DNA from: a virus
Taxonomy: Duplodnaviria; Heunggongvirae; Uroviricota; Caudoviricetes
IMG/VR virus record: IMGVR_UViG_2667527666_000009
Strand: one strand, 5' to 3'
Length of the DNA stretch: 46,534 nt
The notes beneath the pieces are model-generated. The model was given only the letters and a program-made list of their open reading frames with translations. It was not told the DNA's origin and searched no databases. How positions within the stretch are numbered: position 1 is the stretch's first letter; every line of letters starts with the position of its first letter. The position numbers and the translations under genes were made by a program. Positions 19,268 to 34,718 of the stretch are shown here, piece after piece.

Positions 19268-19663
19268 TTATTGCATTCTGGCCAGGCCACGTTCTGTCAT
19301 TTCGGCTGCCACACCGGCAGAGACACGAAACGCCGTTCCCGGCAGCACAAATGCCACAGCCTCATCCCGCGTGACGTGAAGTGCATCGGTATGCAGCGTC
19401 ACCAGTGCCACAACCGTGACCAGAGCAGCCGTATCAGTCACGGAATCCGGCTGTGCTGATACCACCTCATTTTCATGTCCGGTCAGCGCATTTTCCGGGC
19501 TGACAGACGTGTCCTGACCGGCTGCGTCATCCGTGTCATCAAGCTCCTCTTCCAGCTCTGCCACACGGAGCGCCAGTTCTTCTTTCGTCCCCGTCAGGCT
19601 GACATCACGGTTCAGTTGCTCACCCAGCGACCGGAGACGGGCAATCAGTTCATCTTTCGTCAT
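19268..19663 (-). CDS. FI: DNA packaging protein FI
   Basis: ORF 19268..19702; start taken at MTKDELIARLRSLGEQLN (ATG 19661..19663), giving a lambda gpFI-like 131 aa. Confidence 0.85.
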   Translation of the reverse strand: MTKDELIARLRSLGEQLNRDVSLTGTKEELALRVAELEEELDDTDDAAGQDTSVSPENALTGHENEVVSAQPDSVTDTAALVTVVALVTLHTDALHVTRDEAVAFVLPGTAFRVSAGVAAEMTERGLARMQ

Positions 19664-19704
19664 GGACTCCTCCACAGAGAGAAAATGGCCCCGAAGGGCC
19701 ATGA

Positions 19705-20730
19705 TTACGCCAGTTGAACGGACACGAACTCATCAGGGTCAGCCAGCAGCATCAGCGGTGCTGACTGAATCATGGTGAACTCACGCGCCGGGTCGCCGGT
19801 GGTCACCCAGTTTTTCGGGTAACGGGCAGAGGCGTTAATGCCTTCGCGCTGTGCGTCCGCATCCTGAATGCAACCATAGGTGCGCAGACCGCGTGCCTGA
19901 GTGTTCCCCAGCACCATCGTGTTGTCCGGCAGGAAGTTCTTTTTGACGCCGTTTTCCACGTACTGTCCGGAATACACGACGATGGCCACATCGCCATACA
20001 TTCCCTTATAAGACACCGCTTTGCCCAGGTCTTTTACCGCTGTCTCCAGCTCGGAATGAGAGCCGCGACGGGTATCCAGCTTCTCCTTGACGGCCTTGAA
20101 GGAACGGAACAGCGCCCAGCCTTTCGGATCAAACACGATGATATTCACCACACCGCTGGCGTTCAGCGCGTAGGCTTCGATATCGTCGGTCGGGTCATAC
20201 GTGGACTTGTCACGCTTGCTCCACTCTGTGCCGCCGGACTGCGTGATGTTATTCGCCGCACTGCGGCCCATATCCACCTCAACCGGATCGAAGGCTTCAC
20301 CGGTCATGGTGTATTTGCCCTTAAGCACGGCAGAAACTGCCTGCATCTCTTCGACCTGGGCAATCGCCAGATTTTCATCCAGCATATTCTGCCGAATAAT
20401 ACGGCGACGACGGTAAGCCGGGTCAGCCAGGTTCTGCGGATCTTCATCCGGCAGGCGACGCAGGGTCATCTGCGGATTCACCTCATGCTTGGGTTTGACA
20501 TAACCCGGCGTAAATTCAGAGGTGGAGCCGCCACGGGATCGGATAACCTCACCGGAAACAATCGGCGAAACGTACAGCGCCATGTTTACCAGTCCCGGAA
20601 TTTGTGAGAGATAGACTTTTTCCGTGGTGAAAGGATAGGTTTCACGGAAAAACAGGCGCAGAAACAGCGGATCGAACTTAAAGTGATGCTGGGTCGATGC
20701 CAGTAATTCTGCAGTTGTATATACAGACAT
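19705..20730 (-). CDS. E: major capsid protein E
   Basis: 341 aa; MSVYTTAELLASTQHHFKFDPLFLRLFFRETYPFTTEKVYLSQIPGL... matches lambda gpE. Confidence 0.95.
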   Translation of the reverse strand: MSVYTTAELLASTQHHFKFDPLFLRLFFRETYPFTTEKVYLSQIPGLVNMALYVSPIVSGEVIRSRGGSTSEFTPGYVKPKHEVNPQMTLRRLPDEDPQNLADPAYRRRRIIRQNMLDENLAIAQVEEMQAVSAVLKGKYTMTGEAFDPVEVDMGRSAANNITQSGGTEWSKRDKSTYDPTDDIEAYALNASGVVNIIVFDPKGWALFRSFKAVKEKLDTRRGSHSELETAVKDLGKAVSYKGMYGDVAIVVYSGQYVENGVKKNFLPDNTMVLGNTQARGLRTYGCIQDADAQREGINASARYPKNWVTTGDPAREFTMIQSAPLMLLADPDEFVSVQLA

Positions 20731-20750
20731 AAATTATTTCCATAAAAAAA

Positions 20751-20764
20751 GCCGCACAGGCGGC
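20751..20764 (-). terminator. hairpin plus T7 between D and E (possible attenuator or RNA-stability element)
   Basis: GCCGC-ACAG-GCGGC hairpin followed on the minus strand by seven T (plus-strand A-run 20744..20750). Confidence 0.4.
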
Positions 20765-20785
20765 CTTTGTTGATGAAGGGGAAGA

Positions 20786-21118
20786 TTAAACGATGCTGAT
20801 TGCCGTTCCGGCAAACGCGGTCCGTTTTTTAGTCTCGTCGCTGGCAGCCTCCGGCCAGAGCACATCCTCATAACGAAACGAGCCGGACTTGTAGAACGTC
20901 AGTGTGGTGCTGGTCTGGTCAGCAGCAACCGCCAGAATGCCAACGGCTGCACCGTCGGTGGTGCCATCCCACACAACCAGCTTACGGGTAGTGCCATCCA
21001 GCATCAGCGGGGTCATTGCAGGCGTTTTCGCACTCAATCCGCCAGGCGCAATTGCTGTATGAGCCGGATCACTGTTACCCAGCGGCTGGTAATGGTTAAA
21101 CTCTTCTTTTGTCGCCAT
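20786..21118 (-). CDS. D: capsid decoration protein D
   Basis: 110 aa; ...[33 protein letters not shown]...[39 protein letters not shown] matches lambda gpD. Confidence 0.9.
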   Translation of the reverse strand: MATKEEFNHYQPLGNSDPAHTAIAPGGLSAKTPAMTPLMLDGTTRKLVVWDGTTDGAAVGILAVAADQTSTTLTFYKSGSFRYEDVLWPEAASDETKKRTAFAGTAISIV

Positions 21119-21127
21119 AACTGCCTC

Positions 21128-21535
21128 TTATACCGGTAAAGCTTCAGGTGTATTAAGTAATTCTTTATTGGTATCAGATGCCAGGTTACCTGCAGCCAGC
21201 GGTGCCGGTGTACCCTGCATCAGACGATCCAGCGCAGTGTCACTGCGCGCCTGTGCACTCTGTGGTGCTGCAGCCAGAATGCGGCGGGCCGTTTCCACGG
21301 TCATTCCGGGGGTTTCTGCCAGAACGCGCGCCTGTTCTTCGCGTCCGTGAGCCTCCTCACAGTTGAGGATCCCCATAATGCGGCTGTTTTCTGCCGCAAC
21401 CGCTGCGGTGATCTGCGCGTTCACGTCCGGCTGCGCCGCGCTGGCGTTTTCGCCCTCCGTCGCTGGCACCACGTCAGTAACGTCAGCCTGCGAAGCAGTG
21501 GCTGAAACAGTTGTTGATTGAGTCTCTTTGGTCAT
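21128..21535 (-). CDS. nu3: scaffolding protein Nu3 (in-frame internal start within C)
   Basis: internal ATG at 21533..21535 (MTKETQSTTVSATASQ...) in the C frame, as in lambda. Confidence 0.7.
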   Translation of the reverse strand: MTKETQSTTVSATASQADVTDVVPATEGENASAAQPDVNAQITAAVAAENSRIMGILNCEEAHGREEQARVLAETPGMTVETARRILAAAPQSAQARSDTALDRLMQGTPAPLAAGNLASDTNKELLNTPEALPV

Positions 21536-22439
21536 TCGCCCTCCTGAGAGACGGGATTTACGCGCATCCAGTGCATCACGCATGACGGTGATCGCATCGG
21601 TGCTGTTAACAAGTTCATCAGCCAGTCCGGCATCAATGGCCTCCTGACCGCTGTACACTGCAGCCTCGGTATCCAGCACAGCCTGCACAGACAGGCCGGT
21701 ATATGCCGACACCTTCTGCGCAAACATCTGGCGGGTTGCGTCCATCCGGGACTGCAGTGTCTCCCGGACGTCATCCGGAAGATGGCTGTAGGGATTGCCA
21801 TCCACCTTATGGCTGCCGCTGTAAATCAGCGTGATTTCCACACCCTGTTTCTCCAGGGCAGCACCGTAATTACTGTGAGCCATCATGACGCCGATGGAGC
21901 CTGTCCGGGCGGTCTGCGTGACCAGACGCCGGGAGGCGGCACTGGCAAGCAGCTGACCTGCACTGCAGTTCATGTCGTTGGCCAGCGCCCATACCGGTTT
22001 TATGTCACGCACACGGGCGATGATGTCAGCGCAGTCAAATGCCCCCGCCACCATTCCGCCTGGCGTGTCCATATCGAGCAGAATGCCGTCCACCATCGGG
22101 TCGCTGGCAGCCTGTTGCAGACGGGCGATAATGCCGTTGTAACCGGTCATCCCCGAGTACGGCTGCAGCGCCCGCGTCCGGCTGACCAGCGTGCCGGACA
22201 CCGGCAGCACGGCGATGCCGTTCATGACCTGATAACTGCGGGCCTGTCGTGGTCCGTCATCATCACCGGATAATGCCAGCGTCGCGAGTGCCTCCTGGGC
22301 AGTCAGGCTGTCGCCGGACACCGCATCCGTCAGGCGGCTGATCCCAAGCTGGCCTGCAAGCGCACAAAAGAAAACCCGCGCATAGGCGGGTTCAAGCATC
22401 AGCGGCTCATTAAAGGCCATGCTGGCAATATGCGGGAGA

Positions 22440-22459
<20 letters not shown>
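21128..22459 (-). CDS. C: prohead protease C (ClpP/S49-like)
   Basis: ORF 21128..22606; start assigned to GTG at 22457..22459 (VTAELRNLPHIASMAF..., lambda gpC N-terminus) preceded by strong SD AGGAGGAGAAGA; overlaps the end of B. Confidence 0.85.
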
Positions 22460-26140
<3,681 letters not shown>

Positions 26141-26166
<26 letters not shown>

Positions 26167-26686
26167 TCAGCAACCCCGGTATCAGTTCATCCAGCGCGGC
26201 TGCTTTGTTCATGGCTTTGATGATATCCCGTTTCAGGAAATCAACATGTCGGTTTTCCAGTTCCGGAAAACGCCGCTGCACCGACAGGGGGATCCCGTCG
26301 AGAATACTGGCAATTTCACCTGCGATCCGCGACAGCACGAAAGTACAGAATGCGGTTTCCACCACTTCAGCGGAGTCTCTGGCATTTTTCAGCTCCTGTG
26401 CGTCGGCCTGCGCACGCGTAAGTCGATGGCGTTCATACTCAATAGTCCCTGGCTGGAGATCTGTCTCGCTGGCCAGCCGCAGTTCTTCAACCTCCCGGCG
26501 CAGCTTTTCGTTCTCAATTTCAGCATCCCTTTCGGCATACCATTTTATGACGGCGGCAGAGTCATAAAGCACCTCATTACCCTTGCCACCGCCTCGCAGA
26601 ACGGGCATTCCCTGTTCCTGCCAGTTCTGAATGGTACGGATACTCGCACCGAAAATGTCAGCCAGCTGCTTTTTGTTGACTTCCAT
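26141..26686 (-). CDS. nu1: terminase small subunit Nu1
   Basis: 181 aa; MEVNKKQLADIFGASIRTIQNWQEQGMPVL... (winged HTH) matches lambda gpNu1. Confidence 0.95.
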
Positions 26687-26863
26687 TGCTCATTCCACGG
26701 ACAAAAACAGAGAAAGGAAACGACAGAGGCCAAAAAGCTCGCTTTCAGCACCTGTCGTTTCCTTTCTTTTCAGAGGGTATTTTAAATAAAAACATTAAGT
26801 TATGACGAAGAAGAACGGAAACGCCTTAAACCGGAAAATTTTCATAAATAGCGAAAACCCGCG

Positions 26864-26875
26864 AGGTCGCCGCCC
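26864..26875. other. cos site: 12-nt cohesive-end sequence (cosN) with flanking lambda left- and right-end sequences
   Basis: plus strand AGGTCGCCGCCC is the reverse complement of lambda GGGCGGCGACCT; flanked by CGCGGGTTTTCGC and GACAGGTTACG as at the lambda termini; Nu1 starts about 180 bp away. Confidence 0.9.
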
Positions 26876-27074
26876 CGTAACCTGTCGGATCACCGGAAAG
26901 GACCCGTAAAGTGATAATGATTATCATCTACATATCACAACGTGCGTGGAGGCCATCAAACCACGTCAAATAATCAATTATGACGCAGGTATCGTATTAA
27001 TTGATCTGCATCAACTTAACGTAAAAACAACTTCAGACAATACAAATCAGCGACACTGAATACGGGGCAACCTC

Positions 27075-27308
27075 ATGTCAACGAAGAACAGAACCCGCAG
27101 AACAACAACCCGCAACATCCGCTTTCCTAACCAAATGATTGAACAAATTAACATCGCTCTTGAGCAAAAAGGGTCCGGGAATTTCTCAGCCTGGGTCATT
27201 GAAGCCTGCCGCCGGAGACTGTGCTCAGAAAAAAGAGTTTCTTCTGAAGCAAACAAAGAAAAGAGTGACATTACTGAATTGCTCAGAAAACAGGTCAGAC
27301 CAGATTGA
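27075..27308 (+). CDS. ribbon-helix-helix (CopG/Arc-like) DNA-binding protein, lambda right-end ORF homologue
   Basis: 77 aa; basic N-terminus then RNIRFPNQMIEQINIALEQKGSGNFSAWVIEACRRRL (beta-strand plus two helices typical of RHH); lies in sequence collinear with the lambda right end. Confidence 0.6.
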   Translation: MSTKNRTRRTTTRNIRFPNQMIEQINIALEQKGSGNFSAWVIEACRRRLCSEKRVSSEANKEKSDITELLRKQVRPD

Positions 27309-27365
27309 AGCAATTTAGATAATCGTGCAGACTACGCCCCCTCATATCACATGGAAGGTTTATCT

Positions 27366-27776
27366 ATGGATCAGGTAGTCATTTTTAAACAAATATTTGA
27401 TAAAGTTCGAAACGATTTAAACTATCAATGGTTTTATTCTGAGCTAAAACGTCACAATGTCTCACATTACATTTACTATTTAGCCACAGAGAATGTTCAT
27501 ATTGTATTAAAAAATGATAATACAGTGTTATTAAAGGGCCTAAAAAACATTGTGTCTGTCAAATTTTCAAAGGATAGGCATCTTATAGAAACGACCTCTA
27601 ATAAGCTGAAATCCAGAGAGATCACATTTCAGGAATACAGAAGAAACCTTGCTAAAGCAGGAGTTTTTCGGTGGGTTACAAATATCCACGAACAAAAAAG
27701 ATATTACTATACCTTTGATAATTCATTACTATTTACTGAAAGCATCCAGAAAACTACACAGATCTTACCACGCTAA
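27366..27776 (+). CDS. ydfO: DUF1398-family prophage protein (YdfO/YbcV-like)
   Basis: ORF 27351..27776; start at ATG 27366 preceded by GGAAGG; product [38 protein letters not shown]... matches recalled YdfO. Confidence 0.7.
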
Positions 27777-27927
27777 ACCATAACGTCCGGCTTCTCTCAC
27801 TCCTGAGCCGGACTGCATTGGTTTAATAAAAACCATCAACAATTGTGATTTAGATATTCGGAACCATTCAAATATAACAAAACCCCGTAAAAACGAGGTT
27901 TATGGATAAATTTTATTATTGAATACA

Positions 27928-28102
27928 TCAGATTAAATTAATCTTGACATCATAGCTTTCAAGACCCGTCATTTTTTCCCGTGCGGTAAACTGAATACTG
28001 GTAACTTCTTTCCCGGTCTTTTTCTTAAGTTCAATAATTTTTTTTTGTTATATATTCAGAAATATCTGCTTCTGCTTTTGTTTTTAAGTTTTCAATATTC
28101 AT
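27928..28102 (-). pseudogene. gnsB: gnsB-like gene interrupted by a frameshift in a 9-nt homopolymer
   Basis: minus-strand translation from ATG 28100..28102 gives MNIENLKTKAEADISEYITKK then a stop after the run of nine T (plus 28038..28046); the other frame continues IIELKKKTGKEVTSIQFTAREKMTGLESYDVKINLI, GnsA/GnsB-like to the stop at 27928..27930. Confidence 0.6.
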
Positions 28103-28273
28103 CATTTCCTCTTTTAGTCTGTTATGACTTTCCAGTTACACAGTAAGTCGATTATATGGTGCAAACGTGTAAAAGATAAGATGAAACATCGCAATAATCA
28201 ACATACGATAGTCTAAATTTTACACAAACAGACAAAGAGAATTTTCCTGAATTATCAATGCAATAGCATCAAA

Positions 28274-28504
28274 TCAACTCAAGAGCCTTATTGCTGCTTC
28301 CAGAATTTCTTCTGAAGTAACATGTCGATCCGCGGCTACATAAATGACTTTATGATCTCCGGTCAGAGATGGAAACCCTGCGGCCATTACAGTAAGGTGT
28401 GTTTTTTCGCCATTTGGATATTCACGCATGATGGTGTTAACTCCAGTCATCGCTGGCACTACCACTGCTGGTTCAGAGTTAAAAAAAACTATGATTTTTT
28501 TCAT
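28274..28504 (-). CDS. hypothetical protein
   Basis: ORF 28274..28546; start taken at MKKIIVFFNSEP (ATG 28502..28504); no family recognised. Confidence 0.4.
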   Translation of the reverse strand: MKKIIVFFNSEPAVVVPAMTGVNTIMREYPNGEKTHLTVMAAGFPSLTGDHKVIYVAADRHVTSEEILEAAIRLLS

Positions 28505-28775
28505 GATGTTACCGTAGTATGTGAGTATCCATCGAATAGACACCAAGCAAAAAAGCTCCCGAAGGAGCCTTCATTTTCACTTTTTTAAATCCAACGACAG
28601 ACGGCTGGCATTTAAGTATTGTGAAATATTATCAAATGTAATCATCATTGATTTACAAAAGATACATTTTGCCCCGAAAGGATTCATGTCAGAAACATCA
28701 AAAGATGATGTTCTATACTGGGAACCATGACAACACGGGCATCTAAAGTGAATATGGTTTGTAATATTGTCTACC

Positions 28776-28988
28776 TCAAAGCGCCACAACATGAACAGCG
28801 GCAGGACCTTTAGGTCCGTTCTCAATACCAAATTCAACTTCCTGATTCTCAGTTAATGTTTTGAAATCGTTGCTCTGAATTGCTGAGAAATGGACAAACA
28901 CATCTTTGCTGCCATCTTTCGGCGTGATGAAACCAAAACCTTTTTCAGGGTTAAACCATTTCACTAAACCAGTCATTTTGTTAGACAT
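28776..28988 (-). CDS. cspI: cold shock protein (CspA family)
   Basis: 70 aa; [38 protein letters not shown] with RNP1/RNP2 motifs. Confidence 0.9.
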   Translation of the reverse strand: MSNKMTGLVKWFNPEKGFGFITPKDGSKDVFVHFSAIQSNDFKTLTENQEVEFGIENGPKGPAAVHVVAL

Positions 28989-29350
28989 AATTATTACCTT
29001 TTGAAGAAATTAGCCCTTGGGCAGAATGGTCCGAAAAAAAATATCAGAGAGAAAAACCAACAAGGAAATCTCAAGAGGTACAAATAATAAAATTATAACA
29101 ATGACTGCTTCAGATAAATTTGTAACAAACCAGAACACCATTAACGCATGATTAACCACCCATAGCAAGGATTACTTTTGTAAAGAAAAACACAGCAATG
29201 AAAGAATAGCTTTATTTATTAATAAAACGTGTCATTCTGATTAAGACCTTTTATCTTACCCTTAAGATTTCAGGAATTTTGGCTCATGGAAGAGTCCTTT
29301 TTATTTAAATTTTACATTCCGCGATGTAAATGTTCCGATTTAATATTACC

Positions 29351-30374
<1,024 letters not shown>

Positions 30375-30378
<4 letters not shown>

Positions 30379-30686
30379 AGATATTTATGATGAGGACGCT
30401 CGTGCTTATTGGCAGGATTTTCAATCTTAAAGGAGTACTGATGCTGCAGATAAGACTCAACTTTTTCTGACAATTTTTCTGCTACTTCCAGGAAGACTTG
30501 CCGGACGCTCCTTCTGGCTGCTGCCTCATAAAACTCCAGCGCAGCTCCTTCAACACGGTCCATGGCGACATCCAGGTCAAAAATTTCACCGTCAAAGCGT
30601 TCTTTGTCCTGTAAGGCTACAGTTACCGTAACTTTATTCTCAAAATTACGGACTCCTTTCACAACCAGTTCATAGTCTTGAGTCAT
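30375..30686 (-). CDS. ydfR: DUF1327-family protein between holin and endolysin
   Basis: 103 aa; MTQDYELVVKGVRNFENKVTVTVALQDKERFDGEIFDLDV... matches recalled YdfR. Confidence 0.7.
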
Positions 30687-30690
30687 TGGA

Positions 30691-30906
30691 TTACTCTCCT
30701 CTCGCAGCCTTACGCCTGTCTTCTTTAATCTTGAAATAAAGATTTGTCAGATACGTCAGCAGGCCAAAAACCAGGCTACCCAGCACACCGATTGCAGCCC
30801 ACTGTGACGGAGTTACTTTATCGAGTAACTGCAATGCCCAGAAACCAGCATTACCCGCCGATGTGCCATAGGCAACACCTGTTGTTAACTTATCCATTGA
30901 TTTCAT
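30691..30906 (-). CDS. essQ: pinholin (phage 21 S-type class II holin)
   Basis: ORF 30691..30981; start taken at [18 protein letters not shown] (ATG 30904..30906); two transmembrane helices and charged C-terminus ([10 protein letters not shown]) as in S21. Confidence 0.8.
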   Translation of the reverse strand: MKSMDKLTTGVAYGTSAGNAGFWALQLLDKVTPSQWAAIGVLGSLVFGLLTYLTNLYFKIKEDRRKAARGE

Positions 30907-31125
30907 ATCCTCACCCCGATGTACACGGATGGTGCAATATGTTTGAAAAGATCGGAGTCTACGGGGTAGTTTTGACAGCACACGTTGTTCTCAACGGCGC
31001 TAAAAAAACATACACATTAAAAATGTGGGTAATTATTTTGAAAGAAAGTCATATATAAAATAATAATACGAGAAATGTTTTCATATTTAGTGTACTGTAT
31101 ACGGCCATTTATACAGGAAAAGCCT

Positions 31126-31296
31126 ATGTCAGAACGTAAAAACTCAAAATCACGCCGTAATTATCTCGTTAAATGTTCCTGCCCAAACTGCACCCAAGAG
31201 TCAGAACACAGTTTTTCAAGAGTACAAAAAGGTGCCCTTTTGATCTGCCCTCATTGCAACAAAGTATTCCAGACAAATCTTAAAGCTGTAGCCTGA
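31126..31296 (+). CDS. small zinc-ribbon protein (YlcI/DUF3950-like)
   Basis: ORF 31075..31296; start at ATG 31126 preceded by AGGAAA; two CxxC pairs (CSCPNC, CPHC). Confidence 0.55.
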   Translation: MSERKNSKSRRNYLVKCSCPNCTQESEHSFSRVQKGALLICPHCNKVFQTNLKAVA

Positions 31297-31659
31297 TTGA
31301 TTTTATTAGTAACAAGTATTTTTTATATTTTAATAATATATTTAAAGCAGATAATAAAAAACCCGCCTGAGCGGGTTTGAGATTGTGGTGCTTTTTGTGG
31401 GAGTCATCCACTTACGCACTTTGTTTTGCCATGCCAGCAGTTAGCTTCTGCTGTAAAACTATTCATGCAGCAAACCTGCACTTCACCACAATGGTTAGCA
31501 TACTTTTCCTGATTAAGATTTTGCCAAATATGCTAGCCATTGTTTCATGTATTGGACCTCCTTACTTTTTATTAAAGAGATCCAATATTCACTACTCTGT
31601 CCGTATCTCTACTCAGGCATCAGCCTTCTTCGTTATCGTATACAGACGAGCGATGAATT

Positions 31660-31875
31660 TTAATCAGTAATGATGACATTTGCTGCTGCAGGACCTTTAG
31701 CACCACTCTCTATAGAGAAGGTAACCTTTTGACCTTCAAATAAGGTTCGATAATTATCATTCTGAATCGCAGAAAAATGCACAAACACATCTTTACTACC
31801 ATCAACAGGAGAAATAAAGCCGAAACCTTTATCAGCGTTAAACCATTTTACTAAACCAGTCATTTTATTTGACAT
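31660..31875 (-). CDS. cspB: cold shock protein (CspA family)
   Basis: 71 aa; [67 protein letters not shown]... Confidence 0.9.
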   Translation of the reverse strand: MSNKMTGLVKWFNADKGFGFISPVDGSKDVFVHFSAIQNDNYRTLFEGQKVTFSIESGAKGPAAANVIITD

Positions 31876-32175
31876 TCTACATTCCTTAACTTGAGCCTTT
31901 CGGCATAAATGGTTTGCATAACAGAAACGACTTCGTACTTAATTGGAGAGACTCAAAGAAGGAATAAGTGAATAACACCTGAAATGAGAACTGCTTTAGT
32001 AAACTACTTCGTATATCGTCTGTTCTTCAAACCGACGCAATCATTAACGCATAGTTGAACATATGAAGCAATGTTTATTTTAGACATCCAGCCATCTTCA
32101 ACCCCATCAAAAAACTATAGCTTTCTTCAGGAACGTGTGTATAGTGCGCCAAGTTATCAGTATTAAGGAATTTTT

Positions 32176-32388
32176 TTGTCCCGTAAAATGACAGGAATTG
32201 TCAAAACCTTTGACGGCAAAAGCGGCAAGGGTCTTATCACCCCATCCGATGGTCGTATCGATGTCCAGCTTCATGTTTCAGCGCTCAATCTCCGCGATGC
32301 AGAAGAAATTACCACCGGATTACGCGTGGAATTTTGCCGGATAAATGGTCTGCGTGGCCCTTCAGCTGCCAATGTTTACCTTTCATGA
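32176..32388 (+). CDS. cspF: cold shock protein paralogue (CspA family)
   Basis: 70 aa; [44 protein letters not shown]... Confidence 0.85.
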
Positions 32389-32809
32389 GCTATATTAAAG
32401 CTTTAATTTCAGGCCCCATCGGATCACACATGGAGAGTTTTTATGAATAACCCCGTCTGTCTTGATGACTGGTTGATTGGCTTTAAAAGCTTATGCTGTA
32501 CTTTGGCCGTAATAGCTCTGCTAATAATATAATAAGCAGACTCATTGTGTTTAGGGACATTGTACTGGAAGAAAACATTTTAAACATCAGGCAAATAACC
32601 AAGTCACCAGCTAAATAATAAGTTAACAGACATGAGTCCCGGGATGAGATTCAACATTACCATTGCCCCATTTAAAGCACAAAACCCGCTCATCAGCGGG
32701 TTTTCTACTTTTTCTTAACGTCGGGTATACAAAGCCCATCGTTGAAAAAATTTTATCCATATTTTTTGAAAAATGCAAACATCATGTCGCCATCTTCAGC
32801 AAAAATCAT

Positions 32810-33116
32810 TTATCTCGTCACCTTCCTCAATTGCGCTTCCGCGTATGCTTCTTCCTGCCAGCACTTTGTTACCAGTTTACCAATGACGTCCGCATACCCC
32901 TTATACCACTGATAATCGGTCAGGTCTGGTACCAGCTTCTGGACATGACGTCGTGCCAGCGTGGTCGGTAAACGACTAAACCGGTTTCCATTACAACGCC
33001 CACAAATCTTATATACCGGTACGCCATGAAACCGGGTTCTTTTTTCATCCAGAACAATCCCTTTACCCTTACACCCTCTGCACGCTGTGCTGGCTTCGCC
33101 CTTACCATGGCAATGC
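32810..33116 (-). pseudogene. quuQ: late-gene antiterminator Q, C-terminal fragment truncated by IS629
   Basis: minus-strand frame ending at the TAA at 32810..32812 encodes ...CRGCKGKGIVLDEKRTRFHGVPVYKICGRCNGNRFSRLPTTLARRHVQKLVPDLTDYQWYKGYADVIGKLVTKCWQEEAYAEAQLRKVTR, parallel to the lambda Q zinc-finger C-terminus; the frame runs into the IS629 inverted repeat at 33117 with no start codon. Confidence 0.75.
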
Positions 33117-33170
33117 TGAACCGCCCCGGGAATCCTGGAGACTAAACTTCCTGAGAAAGAGGTAAACAGG

Positions 33171-33497
33171 ATGACTAAAAATACTCGTTTTTCCCCCGAA
33201 GTCCGTCAACGGGCAGTCCGTATGGTTCTGGAAAGTCAGAGCGAATATGACTCACAATGGGCGACAATTTGTTCCATTGCTCCAAAGATTGGCTGTACGC
33301 CGGAGACTCTGCGTGTCTGGGTTCGCCAGCATGAGCGGGATACCGGGGGCGGTGATGGAGGGCTCACCACCGCTGAACGTCAGCGTCTGAAAGAGCTGGA
33401 ACGTGAAAATCGTGAACTGCGCCGCAGTAACGATATCCTTCGCCAGGCTTCCGCTTATTTTGCGAAGGCGGAGTTCGACCGCCTCTGGAAAAAATGA
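33171..33497 (+). CDS. IS629 transposase OrfA (HTH)
   Basis: 108 aa; [23 protein letters not shown]... matches recalled IS629 OrfA; ends at an A6 tract (33489..33494) where the -1 frameshift to OrfB would occur. Confidence 0.85.
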   Translation: MTKNTRFSPEVRQRAVRMVLESQSEYDSQWATICSIAPKIGCTPETLRVWVRQHERDTGGGDGGLTTAERQRLKELERENRELRRSNDILRQASAYFAKAEFDRLWKK

Positions 33498-34384
33498 TGC
33501 CACTGCTGGATAAGCTGCGTGAGCAGTACGGGGTCGGACCGCTATGCAGCGAACTGCATATTGCCCCGTCAACGTATTACCACTGTCAGCAACAGCGACA
33601 TCATCCGGATAAACGCAGTGCCCGTGCGCAGCGCGATGACTGGCTGAAGAAAGAGATACAGCGCGTATACGATGAAAATCACAAGGTATACGGTGTGCGT
33701 AAAGTCTGGCGTCAGTTGTTACGGGAAGGTATCAGAGTGGCCAGATGCACTGTGGCACGTCTCATGGCGGTTATGGGACTTGCCGGTGTTCTCCGGGGTA
33801 AAAAGGTCCGTACGACCATCAGCCGGAAAGCCGTTGCCGCAGGCGACCGCGTAAACCGTCAGTTCGTGGCAGAACGACCTGACCAGCTGTGGGTGGCTGA
33901 TTTTACTTACGTCAGCACATGGCGGGGCTTCGTCTATGTGGCGTTCATCATTGATGTGTTTGCCGGATACATCGTGGGGTGGCGGGTCTCATCGTCCATG
34001 GAAACGACATTCGTGCTGGATGCACTGGAGCAGGCGTTATGGGCCCGTCGACCGTCCGGCACGGTCCATCACAGTGATAAAGGTTCTCAGTATGTATCGC
34101 TGGCCTACACACAGCGGCTTAAGGAAGCCGGATTACTGGCATCAACAGGAAGTACAGGCGACTCGTATGACAACGCGATGGCGGAGAGCATCAATGGTCT
34201 TTACAAAGCGGAGGTAATACACCGTAAGAGCTGGAAAAACCGTGCAGAAGTGGAACTGGCCACACTCACGTGGGTGGACTGGTATAACAATCGACGATTG
34301 CTGGAAAGGCTGGGCCATACTCCTCCGGCAGAAGCAGAAAAAGCTTATTATGCTTCCATCGGAAACGATGATCTGGCAGCCTGA
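33494..34384 (+). CDS. IS629 transposase OrfB (DDE integrase core)
   Basis: 296 aa in the -1 frame relative to OrfA; DDE-type catalytic region. Confidence 0.85.
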   Translation: MMPLLDKLREQYGVGPLCSELHIAPSTYYHCQQQRHHPDKRSARAQRDDWLKKEIQRVYDENHKVYGVRKVWRQLLREGIRVARCTVARLMAVMGLAGVLRGKKVRTTISRKAVAAGDRVNRQFVAERPDQLWVADFTYVSTWRGFVYVAFIIDVFAGYIVGWRVSSSMETTFVLDALEQALWARRPSGTVHHSDKGSQYVSLAYTQRLKEAGLLASTGSTGDSYDNAMAESINGLYKAEVIHRKSWKNRAEVELATLTWVDWYNNRRLLERLGHTPPAEAEKAYYASIGNDDLAA

Positions 34385-34718
34385 GTTCACAGATAAAACA
34401 CTCTCCAGGAAACCCGGGGCGGTTCACCACGAGTTTAACTGACAACCCATGATCAATTATGAATTGCAACTATTTCTGTAGTCACTTTTGTGGGGACAGT
34501 CCACAAAACTGCCAACTTCCGCTTCTTGCTCTTAGCGGACATTAGCATAGGCTATTTACCATAACGCCTCATTACGCGCACCGCCCAGACTGACTCAGCG
34601 CGTTTCTGGCATATCCCCGGTAAAACAAGTAACAAACCACCCGAAAATGAACACCAGAAACGCGACTTAAGAATCTACCCTATGAATGGATATGCACTCA
34701 ACCGAATCGATCTTGGTT

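Larger units (their letters stand above)
33117..34426 (+). mobile_element. IS629 (IS3 family) insertion sequence, complete 1310-bp copy
   Basis: terminal inverted repeats TGAACCGCCCCGGG at 33117 and CCCGGGGCGGTTCA ending at 34426; two overlapping transposase ORFs; flanking triplets TGC and CCA do not form a target-site duplication. Confidence 0.85.
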
